Shown: in pieces, positions 19,635 through 30,578 of the stretch
How the letters are laid out: every line of letters starts with the position of its first letter
Numbering within the stretch: the first letter of the stretch is position 1
Source of the DNA: an uncultured delta proteobacterium
GTDB lineage: Bacteria; Desulfobacterota; Syntrophobacteria; Syntrophobacterales; Syntrophobacteraceae
Direction of reading: 5' to 3'
DNA: 64,000 bases
Assembly: GCA_963808625.1 (NCBI GenBank)
Contig: CAWEHK010000034.1
Location: 1-64,000, forward strand
Made by a program: the position numbers and the translations under genes
The notes under the pieces: model-generated
What the model was told of the DNA's origin: nothing
Database searches by the model: none
The model's input: the letters and a program-made list of their open reading frames with translations, nothing else

Positions 19635-20837
19635 ATGCAGCCTGTTGAAGTGAAAAAAGGGATCCACTGGGTCGGTGCGGTTGACTGGAACATTCGGGAC
19701 TTCCATGGCTATTCCACGCTGAAAGGGTCGACTTACAACGCCTATCTGGCGATGGATGAAAAGATTACGCTTTTCGATACGGTGAAAAAACCGTTCCTTG
19801 ATGACCTGGTGTGCAACATTTCGAGGATTGTAGACCCCGGAAAAATCGACTACCTCGTGGTGAACCATGTGGAAATGGACCATTCCGGTGCCGTGCCGGA
19901 GATCATCGACCTGATTCAGCCCGAGAAGGTCTTCTGCTCGGCCATGGGGAAAAAGGCCCTGATCGACCACTACCATCGCGAAGACTGGCCTTTCGAGGTC
20001 GTGGAAACAGGGCAGACGCTCAGCCTGGGGTCCAAAACGGTGCAATTCATCGAAACCCGGATGCTCCACTGGCCGGACAGCATGTTTTCCTATATCAAAG
20101 AGGACCGCCTGCTCATCTCGAGTGATGCTTTCGGCGAGCATTGGGCCACCAGTCAGCGCTTTGATGACGAAGTGAACATGGATGAGTTGTTTTTCCATGC
20201 GGCCAAGTATTACGCCAATATTCTGCTGCTCTATTCACCGCTGGTCCAAAAACTGCTTGCGAGCGTTCAGAAAATGGGGCTCGAAATCGATATGATTGCG
20301 CCGGACCACGGAATTATCTGGCGCACCAATCCGGGCAGGATCATCGAGGCCTACGATGCGTGGAGCAAGCAAAAGGCCCGGGACAAGGCGGTTATCATCT
20401 ATGACACCATGTATCAAGCCACCGAAAAGATGGCCTTCGCCATTGCCGACGGGTTGGTCCAGGAAGGGGTGGAAGTCAAAATACTCAACTTGAAAATGAA
20501 CCATCGCAGTGAGGTCATCACCGAAGTCCTGGATGCCAAGGCCATCATCCTCGGTTCTCCCACTCTGAACAATGGCATCATGCCAACGGTGGCAGACATC
20601 ATCTGCTACATGAAAGGACTGCGCCCGGCGAATAAAATCGGTTTTGCTTTCGGCTCCTACGGGTGGAGCGGGGAGGCCGTAAAGCTGATGACTGAAGCGC
20701 TGGAGGAAATGAAAGTTAAAATCGTGGACGGTGGCATGCGAGTCAAATTTGCTCCGACCCACGACGATTTCATGAAGTGCGCCGCCCTCGGCAGAAAAGC
20801 TGGGCAGGAAATAAAGAATCACGGACTAAAAGAATAA
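19635..20837 (+). CDS. fprA: Flavodiiron protein (FprA/Roo type)
   Basis: HVEMDHSG, HWPDSM, SSDAFG, APDHG; flavodoxin domain YDTMYQAT, GSPTLNN, FGSYGWSGE. Confidence 0.95.
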   Translation: MQPVEVKKGIHWVGAVDWNIRDFHGYSTLKGSTYNAYLAMDEKITLFDTVKKPFLDDLVCNISRIVDPGKIDYLVVNHVEMDHSGAVPEIIDLIQPEKVFCSAMGKKALIDHYHREDWPFEVVETGQTLSLGSKTVQFIETRMLHWPDSMFSYIKEDRLLISSDAFGEHWATSQRFDDEVNMDELFFHAAKYYANILLLYSPLVQKLLASVQKMGLEIDMIAPDHGIIWRTNPGRIIEAYDAWSKQKARDKAVIIYDTMYQATEKMAFAIADGLVQEGVEVKILNLKMNHRSEVITEVLDAKAIILGSPTLNNGIMPTVADIICYMKGLRPANKIGFAFGSYGWSGEAVKLMTEALEEMKVKIVDGGMRVKFAPTHDDFMKCAALGRKAGQEIKNHGLKE

Positions 20838-20919
20838 AAAGGACTTTACGCTATCCCGCCTGACCTCTGCGGTATGTCGAGTCAGGAGGGATAGCATATG
20901 CCCGACGGTAACAGCCAAT

Positions 20920-20980
20920 GAACTATCAACCATCAACTATCAACCATCAACCATCAACCATCAACCAAGAACCATCAACC
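20920..20980. repeat. AACCATC/AACTATC heptamer tandem array
   Basis: About 8 consecutive 7-mers. Confidence 0.9.
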
Positions 20981-21013
20981 CCGTCAGGGGTTAGCATATG
21001 CCCGACGTAATGG

Positions 21014-21496
21014 CTAAGCAGTTCCTTTGACCATTTTCTCAACTTCTAATCTAGCCTTTTCCAGAAACTCTACTTCGCTGATCTTCCCCTCTACAAAATC
21101 ACTCCAGGCGCCGAAGCCGTTGAGGAAGCACAAGGTCAGGCCGGTGGCGTCGCAAAGCTTTCGGTAAATCCGATTGGCGCGCTTCACCCGTTCTTTCTTC
21201 TCTTCATCATCTGAAGGCGTTGGGTCCTCCTTTTCAATCACGAGATATTTACCGAAACTTCTCGTGAATTCAGCCAGTTCCGTCTCCGCTTTATCGGCGA
21301 GGATCTGTTCATCGATCTTGCCATCCACATACTCTTTCCAGGCATCAAATTCCTGCCAGGATGAGACTTTTACTCCATTTTCCTCGCAAGCTTCGCAGTA
21401 AACTTCGTCAGCCTGCCCCGCCCGGTGTTCGGTCTCTTCCTTCATGTTTTCCTTTTCGTCCTTTTCGTCCTGGTCGCCTTGAGCCGCCTGCTCCAT
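21014..21496 (-). CDS. Acidic hypothetical protein with internal repeat
   Basis: 160-aa ORF with GAGGAG RBS; two segments of the form C..G....FxAWxx(Y/F)VxGKI. Confidence 0.6.
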   Translation of the reverse strand: MEQAAQGDQDEKDEKENMKEETEHRAGQADEVYCEACEENGVKVSSWQEFDAWKEYVDGKIDEQILADKAETELAEFTRSFGKYLVIEKEDPTPSDDEEKKERVKRANRIYRKLCDATGLTLCFLNGFGAWSDFVEGKISEVEFLEKARLEVEKMVKGTA

Positions 21497-21695
21497 CTGC
21501 CTCTCCTCATTGCCAAAGGCTCACCACCCGTATTACTACAAGAGCGGTCTGCACTTGCCATTCCACAGCCAACCTTGAGGCGGGCCCCGCCAAAACACCT
21601 CCAGCCCGGCCTGCCTTGTAATACCGCGATGGCAAAATAGCTGAAATGCCGCACAATGGCAATCAATCATAAGGCGAGAAAAACTCCATGCCCTT

Positions 21696-21836
21696 TTATT
21701 CCCGTTAAGGTTGCGATCTCTCCCTCTGTCGAAACCACCGCTTCCCTGTAGGAACGCCTCTGAGGCGCGATTCCAATAAGGTCGCGACAGAGTGCCGCTC
21801 CTCCAGAAACAGGTTCTAGACCTTTAACGAGTATAA
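21696..21836. mobile_element. MITE-like element (IS630-like TA ends) with GTAG-REP cargo
   Basis: TTATTCCCGTTAAGG ... CCTTTAACGAGTATAA imperfect TIR; internal GTAGGAACGCCTCTGAGGCGCGA...TCGCGACAGAGTGCCGCTCCT. Confidence 0.6.
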
Positions 21837-21951
21837 CCTTTGAAGGACACTGCGGGATGCAGTATAAACAGTCTGCGATCATGGCGGATTATGGCTGGGA
21901 ATAGAACAGCCTGTAGAGTCAAGAGTGGTTCCACCTGTGGAGAAGTGGTAA

Positions 21952-22344
21952 ATGAAGAAATCAACGTTTTCTATCCTGGCGTCGCCCATTTTCTTGCCCG
22001 TTTTCGCTGGTTTCGTTTTAGCCCTCGATACGGTAGACTCCTTCCGGTGTGGATCGAAACTGGTCATGGTGGGAGATACCAAGCATGAAGTGGTTTCGAA
22101 GTGCGGCGAGCCGGCACGACACGAAAACGTTGTTCGGAGCACAGCCGTGAAGAAATCCGGGAAAAAATCAGGGAAGGAGTCTTCGAAGAAATCAGCAGGG
22201 AAGGGGAGCAAGGTCGAGGAGCGTTCGCGGGTTGATGAGCAATGGACCTACAATCTTGGTCCCCGGGATTTTATCTATGTACTCAGCTTTGAAGGGGCCA
22301 CATTAAAAGAGATCGGTCGCGGAGGACGCGGCACCCGCCCCTAA
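21952..22344 (+). CDS. DUF2845-family secreted protein
   Basis: Signal peptide, SFRCGSKLVMVGD..VSKCGEP..EQWTYNLGP. Confidence 0.8.
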   Translation: MKKSTFSILASPIFLPVFAGFVLALDTVDSFRCGSKLVMVGDTKHEVVSKCGEPARHENVVRSTAVKKSGKKSGKESSKKSAGKGSKVEERSRVDEQWTYNLGPRDFIYVLSFEGATLKEIGRGGRGTRP

Positions 22345-22450
22345 GCCTAATAATCCCCAGAGTCACAACGGCAGGTTGAGAAGATCGACCTATGGGCCAA
22401 ACGTTGAAACCCGAGTGTCAATCCATTCTCCATCCTTGCAGATCATACAT

Positions 22451-22681
22451 TTAGTGGCGTCGCAAACTTTTTTCTTCGCCGATCAGCGCTTGCCACAAAG
22501 CGTTCCGCTTCAGGGCTTGCGCCAATCGGTCATCGAGGCTGCCGTCTTCATGCGCGGACAGGGGGCACCACGTGCCCTCGCTGATCAGCACCGGGAGCGG
22601 AGGAACCTCAGCGAGTACCCGATTCGCGGCCAAGAGAAGAGGGCAAAGCAGGGCAAGAAAGCTCGCGATAAAAGATTTCAT
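22451..22681 (-). pseudogene. 5' fragment of a secreted protein (possibly serine hydrolase-like)
   Basis: Signal peptide MKSFIASFLALL, then about 75 aa ending abruptly; no catalytic motif visible. Confidence 0.35.
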
Positions 22682-22694
22682 CTTTTCAGCCGGG

Positions 22695-23923
22695 TCATTT
22701 GGAGTCGCCGGGCGGGAGCGGTTCCTTCCGCGTTGCCAGCAGCAGGTTAGCCGATCCCGGCCGGTAATGGTACCCGACTCCGAACGCAATGGGGGGTATG
22801 TTCTTGGTCTTTTGATAGAGCTCGTCAAGGTCCCTTTGATGCCGGTAGCTGAACACCGGCAAAGGTTTCTGATACGAGCCGAAAAGTTTCAAGTTCCAGA
22901 CTGAAGGGTCGAAGGACCTGAGGGGGATTCCGGAATCGGTCTGCAAAATATGCATGCTGTGGTCCAGGATGAACTGCCTGATCGCGGCAAAATCCGGGTC
23001 GAACATCAGGTAGGATGAAGCTTTTTCGAAGGTAAGAAGGGGGCCGAAGGTCTTCAGAAAAGAGACGAACTTGTCGTTCCGGTCAAAGGAACCTCGCGCC
23101 AGATCGAAACGAAGATAATAAAGGGTTTGGGCTCGTTCCTGCCCCTCCCTCTGAAACACGATGCGCACTCCCGGAATGCTCCCTTTTTCGGAGGTGAACC
23201 GCTCCAGTACCGGCGTCTCCACGATGGTCCCGTCCGGATTCATGAACCAGTGCTGGACGTCGATCACCCGCGCCTTCTCCCTGGCCATGAACAGCAGGAG
23301 GAGCGGAGAACGCCATCCATGCCTTTCTGTTGCAAAGCGCTTCCCAGGTTGTTGGTGATGAAATAGTCGCGCTCGAGAAGGTCTTTATTCACGTGCTGAA
23401 GGCTGGTAAAAAACGCCTCGAGGTTGGGTTTACTCATCGCCGGAAAATCGGGGATGCGGCCGACACGCTCAGAGAAATCATGACGTAGGCCGGAGCGTCG
23501 GGAAAAAAATTGTACATGTTGGCAAAATCCGCCCCACTGAAGGGATAGAACACGGTGTAGCGGGAACCTTCAACGGTGCTGAGCTCCCGGGCGGCCCATT
23601 CCCTCATCGGCGTAAGTCGCCCCGCCCTCGAGGTTCCTCCAGCTCTCGCTGAAGGATTTGGCAAACTGGCCCCAGGCCGGGCTGCTTTCAAGGGCTGCCA
23701 GGGAACCTTTCGGGTTGTTCATGCCGGCAATAAAAAGGGCATAGTCATGGTAGGTGCGGTTGGGCTTGTCGGCCTGTTCCTTTTGGGATTGGGAAATGCT
23801 GCTCGCCGCGGTTCCCGGCTGCCCTTCTGCAGCAAGGCTCCAAGATGGAAAAAGGCCGACAGTGAACACCAGAAAAAGCGCTAAACGGTAAAGTACCTTG
23901 GTGTCATGGAGCTGCGTCAGCAA
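22695..23923 (-). CDS. Uncharacterised secreted protein (YPFSGxDF family), several frameshifts
   Basis: Signal peptide, FYPFSGADF..FFPDA, C-terminal ASSYLM..ILQTDSGIP..LFGSYQKP..FGVGYHY in successive frames. Confidence 0.65.
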
Positions 23924-23958
23924 AGGGTTTCTCCCTGAGTACGAGGATCTTGTCAATC

Positions 23959-25280
23959 TCAGTTTCCTTTCTTCGTCAATTGCCTGGCGGCAAACAGCCG
24001 GTAAACCAGCAGCCCGCAGGCCACAGTGATCATGCCTCCAAGAGACGGGAGCGGTTTTTCGATCACCAGGTAACAGAGCATCCACCCATTAAGGAGCAGA
24101 AAAACCGCTGGAGTCACCGGGAACCCCCACGTTTTGAAAGGTCGCTTCGCCTGAGGCTCTCTGACGCGCAATACAAACACGCCCAAAACCGTCATCATAG
24201 CAAAGAGCGCCAGTAAAAAACCGACATAAGTGAGCACCGCCTCGAAGGTCGAGGTAACAACCAGGAAGAGGGCAATCGCGGATTGCAGCACAATGGCCCG
24301 CACCGGAACGCCACGGGCATTTCGCCAGGCAAACACCCTGAGGGCGGTCAGGTCCTCCCCCATCACCTGGGCGACTCGCGGTCCCACCATGATCATCGAG
24401 CTCAAACTAGAGAGCAGGGCGAGGCAGATCAGCAGGGTCATGGCCGTGCTTCCGCTCGCACCGAAGATGGATTTCGCCGACAGGTATCCAACATTGATCC
24501 TCCCGGACAGGTCGGCGAGCGGCACCGTGTAGAGAAAGACGTAATTGATCAGGAGGTAACAAATGGCAACAAAGCACGCTCCCAAAAACAGGGACAGGGG
24601 CAGGTTCTTTTCCGGTTTCGAGATTTCTCCCGCGATGTACGCGGAAGCATTCCACCCCGAATAGGCATAAGAGACATACACCAGGGACGTGGCAAAATCC
24701 GGGCTGAACACCGCTCTCAGGTCGGCGCCGGACGGCAGCAGGTTAATCCGCTGCGGGTTGGCAACGAAAAAGCCGGAAACAATGAATGAGAAGATCAGGA
24801 GCACTTGACCCGTCGTGATGAAATTCTGAAAACGAGAGCCAAACCTTACGTCAAAAAGGTGCACCAACGAGAGGCAAATAATCGCGGCGATGGCGAGCAC
24901 CATTTTGTCAGTTCCCGGAAAAACGGAGCCGGCATATTCACCCAGAGCGATGGCGGCCAGGGCCACGGGAGCGGCGAAACCGACCACGGTGGAAACCCAT
25001 CCGGAAAGGAAGCCCACGGCGGGATGGTAGATCCTGGAAAGATAAGTGTATTCTCCGCCCGACCGGGGCATCATGGCACCGATTTCGCCGTAACAGAGGG
25101 CCCCGCAGAAGGCGCCGATCCCCCCACCAGCCACAACATGAGCGCAGGAAAGGCAAAGTGGAGGGAGGCTACCTGAAAGCCCAAAGTGGTGAAGACTCCG
25201 GTGCCGATCATGTTGGCAATAACGATGATGGTGGCGGAAAACAGGCTGACCGGCTTTTGGTCTTGGGAGATCCCGTCCAT
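23959..25280 (-). CDS. APC-family amino acid permease (frameshift in the C-run near 25125)
   Basis: IANMIGTGVF, YGEIGAMMPRSGGEY, YAYSGWN, RPFKTWGFP; many TM segments. Confidence 0.9.
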
Positions 25281-25875
25281 CCTCTCTTTCTCATGACAGG
25301 GTGATAAAGTGATAAGAAATCGCTTCTTCGAGGGTGTTGAGTATCAGATATTGCGGGGCGACGTCAATGGTAAGTACCGATGCCGTTCCGATCGTCAAGC
25401 CTTCCTGGGAAACGGTCCTGAATTTCTGCCACGGGCCATCGCGTTTCAGTCTCTTGCTTCCATCGGAAGCGCGTCACCCAGGGCGCTTGGCTTGGGTCAA
25501 GGTCCCCCGCCTCAAATGGCCAGGCTCAGGAGATGGTGGGATGACTTGGCTTGCACAAGGTCAGGGCTCAAATATTCAGATTCATATGGAAACGATTCAA
25601 GATTTTAAGATATTGGGAAGCTTTTCAGGAAAATAAAGGCATCTCCTTCGTCGCCAGGGCTGGCAGTCTTCACCGGTACTGTGTACCGCCGGGGATTACC
25701 CGAAAGGCCTGGCTTGTGCGGCTGTGCCGAAAATACGATAAGGAGCTAAGCTGTGTGGGCTTTTTAGTCGCTCCCCCGCGCTTCCCGACCTCTTGAGTAC
25801 AACGGAAAAATAGCGGAATAGACTTGCCCATAAGGGGTGTGTTGAGTATCTTTCGTTGCCGGGCGGCCTCCCCGT

Positions 25876-26718
25876 TCATGAAGCTCGGGCGGCGCTTCTA
25901 TAGACCGGCATGTATTCATCTGCCAGCGTGCGCATATAGGCGATCCGCGTTTCGGGGTTCGGATGCGTGCTCAGCCATTCGGGAGGGGCGCCGCTCGATG
26001 CCCGCAGCATCTTCTCCCACAGGGAAACGGCCGCCTGGGGGTTATAGCCGGCACGCGCCGCGAGCATGATCCCTACTTTGTCCGCTTCGCTCTCGGCCTC
26101 GCGGCTGTTGGGCAACTGCAAAGCAACCGTCGCCGCACTGTCGGCCAGGCCGGCCACCCCGCTCAAGTCGTAACCTGCAATGGCGCCCGCCAGCACCCCC
26201 AATTGCAGGCCAGTCCGCTGCATCTGCACGCGGGAAATCTTCTCGGCCTGGTGTGAGAGCAGGGCATGGGAGATTTCATGGGCCATGACCTGGGCGAGCT
26301 CATCGTCAGTAGGTTTGATCTTTTCGAGCAAACCGGTGTACACGGCCATCTTTCCTCCCGCCATACACCAGGCATTTATCTCGTTTGATTTCAGAACGTG
26401 GACCTCCCATTGCCAGCTCCGGGTCTCGGGTCGCAGCTGAATGGCCTGGGCGACAACCCGGTCGGTAATGCCTCGAACGCGGGCCAAGGTTTTTGGGTTG
26501 GTGTCCAAGGCATCCTTACTATGGGCTGCCGACAGCAATTGAAGATAGGCCTGCTGGGAAACTTTTGCGGCCTCCTGGTCGCTCACGATCATGGCCTGAC
26601 TTCGGCCGGTAATCGGGTTGGTGGCGCACGCCGACGCCAGGAGTGCCATGAGCAGGGTAGCCAGGGTGACGGTGAGGGTCCTATGCATCAGTCTCGATCC
26701 TTGTGCAAGTTCAGCCAT
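25876..26718 (-). CDS. M48-family metallopeptidase lipoprotein
   Basis: Lipobox ASAC, INAWCMAGG, HEISH, SREAESEAD, WLSTHP. Confidence 0.92.
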   Translation of the reverse strand: MAELAQGSRLMHRTLTVTLATLLMALLASACATNPITGRSQAMIVSDQEAAKVSQQAYLQLLSAAHSKDALDTNPKTLARVRGITDRVVAQAIQLRPETRSWQWEVHVLKSNEINAWCMAGGKMAVYTGLLEKIKPTDDELAQVMAHEISHALLSHQAEKISRVQMQRTGLQLGVLAGAIAGYDLSGVAGLADSAATVALQLPNSREAESEADKVGIMLAARAGYNPQAAVSLWEKMLRASSGAPPEWLSTHPNPETRIAYMRTLADEYMPVYRSAARAS

Positions 26719-26747
26719 AAAGAATAATCCGGTTCCTATCGGGGTTT

Positions 26748-27671
26748 CTACCGGATCACGGTCCGTGACATTTCTTCGAGGGCCAGGATGAGCGCCTGGG
26801 TGCCGCTCCTACCGTGTCCCCGGGCCTTTACCGCCAGGTACAGCTGGTGCACCAGCGCCAATCCGGGAAGGAAGAGGCCCACGCGGGCCGATTCCTTGAG
26901 CGCAATCGCCATGTCCTTAATGAAGTGATCGACGAAAAAGCCCGGGGCGAAATCCCGGCGGAGGATGCGGGGAGCGAGATTGTCGAGGCTCCAACACTGC
27001 GCCGCGCCGCCCTGGATGGAGCTCAGCATCGTCGGCAGGTCGAGGCCCGCCTTGAAGCCGTAGATCAGGCTTTCGCATACGCCGATCATGGTTCCCGTGA
27101 TGACGATCTGGTTGCACATCTTGGTATGCTGGCCCGAGCCCGCCGGTCCCTGGTAGACGATGTTCTTCCCCATTGCCTCGAGGATTGGCCGAATGGCCTC
27201 CACCACTTCCCGGTCGCCTCCTGCCATGATGGCCAGGGTGGCGTTGCGGGCACCGACGTCGCCACCCGAGACGGGAGCATCCACGGCGAAGGCTCCCCGC
27301 ATCTTGGCGGCTCGATAAATTTCCCCGGCAAGCGCCGGTTCCGTGGTGGTCATATCGACGAGAACAGCCCCCGGTCGGGCCGCTTCCAGAATCCCCGCTC
27401 TCCCGAAGTAAACCTCCCGCACGTCTTCCGGAAACCCTACCATGGTAAAGAGGACGTCGGATTGTTCCGCCGCCTCATGGGGAGAATCAACCCATGCCGC
27501 GCCCTTCTCGATCAGCGGCAGCGCCTTCTCCTTGGTGCGGTTGAAAACGGTTGTACGGTATCCTCTTGCCATTACATGCCCGCACATGGAAACTCCCATC
27601 ACGCCCGTGCCGACCCATCCGACGCGGGTTTTCAAAGAAACAGCGGGAATGGCATTGGTGCTGTCAGTCAT
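26748..27671 (-). CDS. 3-hydroxyisobutyrate dehydrogenase / 2-hydroxy-3-oxopropionate reductase family
   Basis: GWVGTGVMG, DAPVSGGDVGA, GSGQHTKMCNQ, KDM. Confidence 0.92.
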   Translation of the reverse strand: MTDSTNAIPAVSLKTRVGWVGTGVMGVSMCGHVMARGYRTTVFNRTKEKALPLIEKGAAWVDSPHEAAEQSDVLFTMVGFPEDVREVYFGRAGILEAARPGAVLVDMTTTEPALAGEIYRAAKMRGAFAVDAPVSGGDVGARNATLAIMAGGDREVVEAIRPILEAMGKNIVYQGPAGSGQHTKMCNQIVITGTMIGVCESLIYGFKAGLDLPTMLSSIQGGAAQCWSLDNLAPRILRRDFAPGFFVDHFIKDMAIALKESARVGLFLPGLALVHQLYLAVKARGHGRSGTQALILALEEMSRTVIR

Positions 27672-27995
27672 GACAACCTCCTTCCAATGAAATCAGTTCA
27701 CCTCATCGCCAAGCGATCAGGGTCCGGCAGCATTTGCACGATTTTTCCAGTCCCAAAGGCCATAGCCGAAACATTGCGATGACATCCTTCACTTCGAGCG
27801 ACATAAATACGCACCGCAGAGGCGCAGAGAACGCAGAGGAAAGCCGCCGGGTGAGAGTCTCACGAAAGAAGGTGAAGGGGATAGGAAACAGGCGGCGAGA
27901 GCGCTTCAGTTTGGCCAGGGAGCACTGACCTGGAGGGTTCAGTTCCGGTATGATCTTCCCGTCGATCAATCCATGCCAGTATTCCCTGAGCGATT

Positions 27996-28307
27996 TCAGA
28001 GCGTTTTGGAGGAGTCTCTGTCTTCACGTCCGTGCCACACCCTGACAATGAGGATGTAATCATCGGCAACGGTGTAGCGCATCCAGTAGCCGGCCTGCCC
28101 GAAGGGGATAAAGAGGTCTCTCAGGTGGGGCCGGTCAATGTCCAACACGGGGCGGCCAATCTTGGGAAGCTCCTGTAGTTTGTGTGCGGCTTCAAGAATT
28201 CGTTTCGCTGCCCGTCGAGCGGCATCCGGGTTATGCACGCGGATGAAATCACGGAGGCGGGCTAAGTCCGACAGGGCTTCGGGAAGCCATTTCAGGGAAC
28301 GGGACAC
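27996..28307 (-). CDS. ParE/RelE-family type II toxin
   Basis: LKWLPEALSDLARL..NPDAA..PKIGR..YWMRY..ILIVRVWHGRE; GTG start overlaps the antitoxin. Confidence 0.88.
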   Translation of the reverse strand: MSRSLKWLPEALSDLARLRDFIRVHNPDAARRAAKRILEAAHKLQELPKIGRPVLDIDRPHLRDLFIPFGQAGYWMRYTVADDYILIVRVWHGREDRDSSKTL

Positions 28308-28564
28308 TTGCCCTCGCCTTCTGTCCCCCATGTTTCGAGCCACGCCTCAACCGCCTCATGGTTGACCGCCTTGCCGGTTGCTTCAAAGCGTGCCCAGCGC
28401 TCCAAGGTATCCTGCCGGATGTGTTCGGCTTCCTCTTCGCGCTCAAGGAATTGCTGGATAGCTTCCTTCATCAGCCAATGCGGCGATCGTCGTCGGGCTT
28501 CCCCCAAAACCTTCAGTCGGTTGTAGGTTTTCTCGTCCAGTTTTACGGCTTTGCTTGTCATCAA
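28292..28564 (-). CDS. CopG/ribbon-helix-helix antitoxin
   Basis: AVKLD..RLKVL..RRSPHWLMKEAIQQFL..AVEAWLETWG. Confidence 0.88.
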   Translation of the reverse strand: MMTSKAVKLDEKTYNRLKVLGEARRRSPHWLMKEAIQQFLEREEEAEHIRQDTLERWARFEATGKAVNHEAVEAWLETWGTEGEGKCPVP

Positions 28565-28576
28565 TCGCTCCAGTGA

Positions 28577-28593
28577 GTAGTGATAAGTACTAC
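28577..28593. promoter_or_regulatory. Putative TA autorepression operator
   Basis: GTAGT-N7-ACTAC palindrome immediately upstream of the antitoxin start. Confidence 0.45.
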
Positions 28594-28800
28594 GAATTCA
28601 TACCACTGATCGCCTGCCTTTTCAAGTTTCTCTTTTCTGCCAGTTGAAGGAAATAAACCGGTTCCCGTAACGTTTTTCTGAAGGATTGAAAGACTGGAGA
28701 AGCTGATGCAAGAGTTGCACGGGGGATCGTTTTTCATGATTGAAAAGAAAGAGTCCTGGAGAAATACCCCCAACCCCTTATCCCGTATGGATTTATGATC

Positions 28801-28878
28801 TGGTCGGGACGAGCCGATTTGAACGGCCGACCTCTTGCACCCCAAGCAAGCGCGCTAACCAGGCTGCGCCACGTCCCG
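28801..28878 (-). tRNA. tRNA-Pro(GGG)
   Basis: CGGGACG acceptor stem, anticodon arm CTTGC-TTGGGGT-GCAAG, T-loop GTTCAAAT, encoded CCA. Confidence 0.97.
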
Positions 28879-28929
28879 ACAGTGGGTGCAACCTATCATC
28901 TCTCCCCCGTGCTGTCAAGCCGCCTTCCA

Positions 28930-29200
28930 ACCCTTAACCCTTAACTCTTGATCTCTGACTTCTCTTTATTCTCATCCACGAAGTCACACGAAGGAGAACG
29001 AAGTCACACGAAGAAATCATCTTCTATTCTGACTTCTGTCTCCTAGTCTCCTGACTTCTGACTTCTGACTCCTGACTCCTGACTTCTCTTTTTTCTCATC
29101 CACGAAGTCACACGAAGAAATCATTCTCTATTCTGACTCCTGTCTCCTGACTCCTGTCTCCTGACTTCTGTCTCCTGACTTCTGTCTTCTGACTCCTGAC
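28930..29200. repeat. Composite repeat: CTGACTY/CTGTCTC heptamers plus CACGAAG-type ~60-bp unit (two copies)
   Basis: CTCATCCACGAAGTCACACGAAG..AAATCAT..CTATTCTGAC twice, embedded in 7-mer tracts. Confidence 0.85.
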
Positions 29201-30574
29201 TCACGTCTCCTGCACCTCACGGATGCCGAGCGCTTTCATTTTACGATGCAGATGGCTGCGTTCGACGCCGATCTGCTGGGCGGTGAGGGAGATATTCCAG
29301 GAGCATTCCTCGAGTTTGCGGACGAGATACTCGCGTTCAAAGGAGGCGCGCGCTTCTTTGAAGGAGGGCAGCTGATAGGGATCGTTGGTGGTTTCGGCGT
29401 GCTGCAGGTGCTGTTGAAAGTCCCGGGGCAGGTCCTGTGCGCGGATGATCTGTCCCGGGGTCATGATCACGAGGCGTTCCACGAAGTTCCTCAGCTCCCT
29501 TACATTCCCCGGCCAGGGGTATGACTGCAACAGGGAATACACGGTGGGATCGATCTCCTTTCGCCCCATCGTGCTTTCGTTTGCCACCTGGTCCGAGGAA
29601 GTCTTCGACCAGCAGGGGTATGTCCTGAAGCCTTTCCCTGAGCGGGGGCACGCGGATGGGAATGACGTTCAGGCGATAGTAGAGGTCCTGGCGAAAACGG
29701 CCGGCGTCGATTTCCTGCTGCAGGTCCTTGTTGGTGGCGGCAACAATTCTGACGTCCACCTGAATCGGCCGTGAGCCACCCACGCGCTCGAAATTCTGTT
29801 CCTGAATGATGCGCAGAATTTTCGCCTGGGTCCGAAGGCTCATGTCCCCGATTTCATCGAGAAAAAGGGTCCCGTCATTGGCGGAATCGAACTTTCCCTT
29901 GCGCCGCTCATGCGGCCCCGGTGAACGCTCCTTTTTCATGGCCGAACAATTCGCTCTCGATAAGCTCCTCGGGAATGGCCGCGCAATTGACCTCGACCAT
30001 GGGCCGTTGGCTCCTGCGGCTCAGTTGATGGAGCAAGCGGGCGACCAATTCTTTCCCCGTGCCGTTCTCTCCCGTGATCAAAACGGTGGCGTTGGTAGGG
30101 GCCGCTCTCTGGATCTCCGCCCGCAAAGATTCCACGACAGGGCTCTTACCGGTAAGCTAGGGACCGCCGGGTGGCTTTCTGCTGCCAGAAGCGGCTTTCT
30201 TCCTGGAGGCGCGAGAATTCGAGGCCGTTCTGGACCGAAACCACAATCCGTTCCAGGGAAAGCGGCTTCTCCACATAGTCGAAGGCCCCCATTTTGGTGG
30301 CCCTGACGGCGGTGTCGATATTGCCATGGCCGGAAATGATGATGACGGGAAGGTCGGGAACGGTCTTTTTGATCTCTCCCAGCACGGTCAAGCCATCCAT
30401 GCCCGGCAGCCAGATATCCAGGAGCACCAGGTCGGGAAGGTCTTTGAAAAGTTCCTCGAGAGCCTGTTCCCCAGAGACTGCGGTACTGACCAGGTACCCT
30501 TCGTCCAGCAGAATGCCGCGCAGTGATTCCAGGATGCTCACTTCGTCGTCGACAACGAGAATTTTGGGCTTCAT
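29201..30574 (-). CDS. ntrX: Sigma54-dependent response regulator NtrX (three frameshifts)
   Basis: REC domain (VVDDE, LLDIW, EKP), [38 protein letters not shown], Fis HTH across four ORFs. Confidence 0.9.
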
Positions 30575-30578
30575 CCGT

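Noticed and set aside
28801..28820. attL/attR duplication of the tRNA-Pro 3' end defining an island
   Set aside because: No second copy or integrase found by eye in the window.
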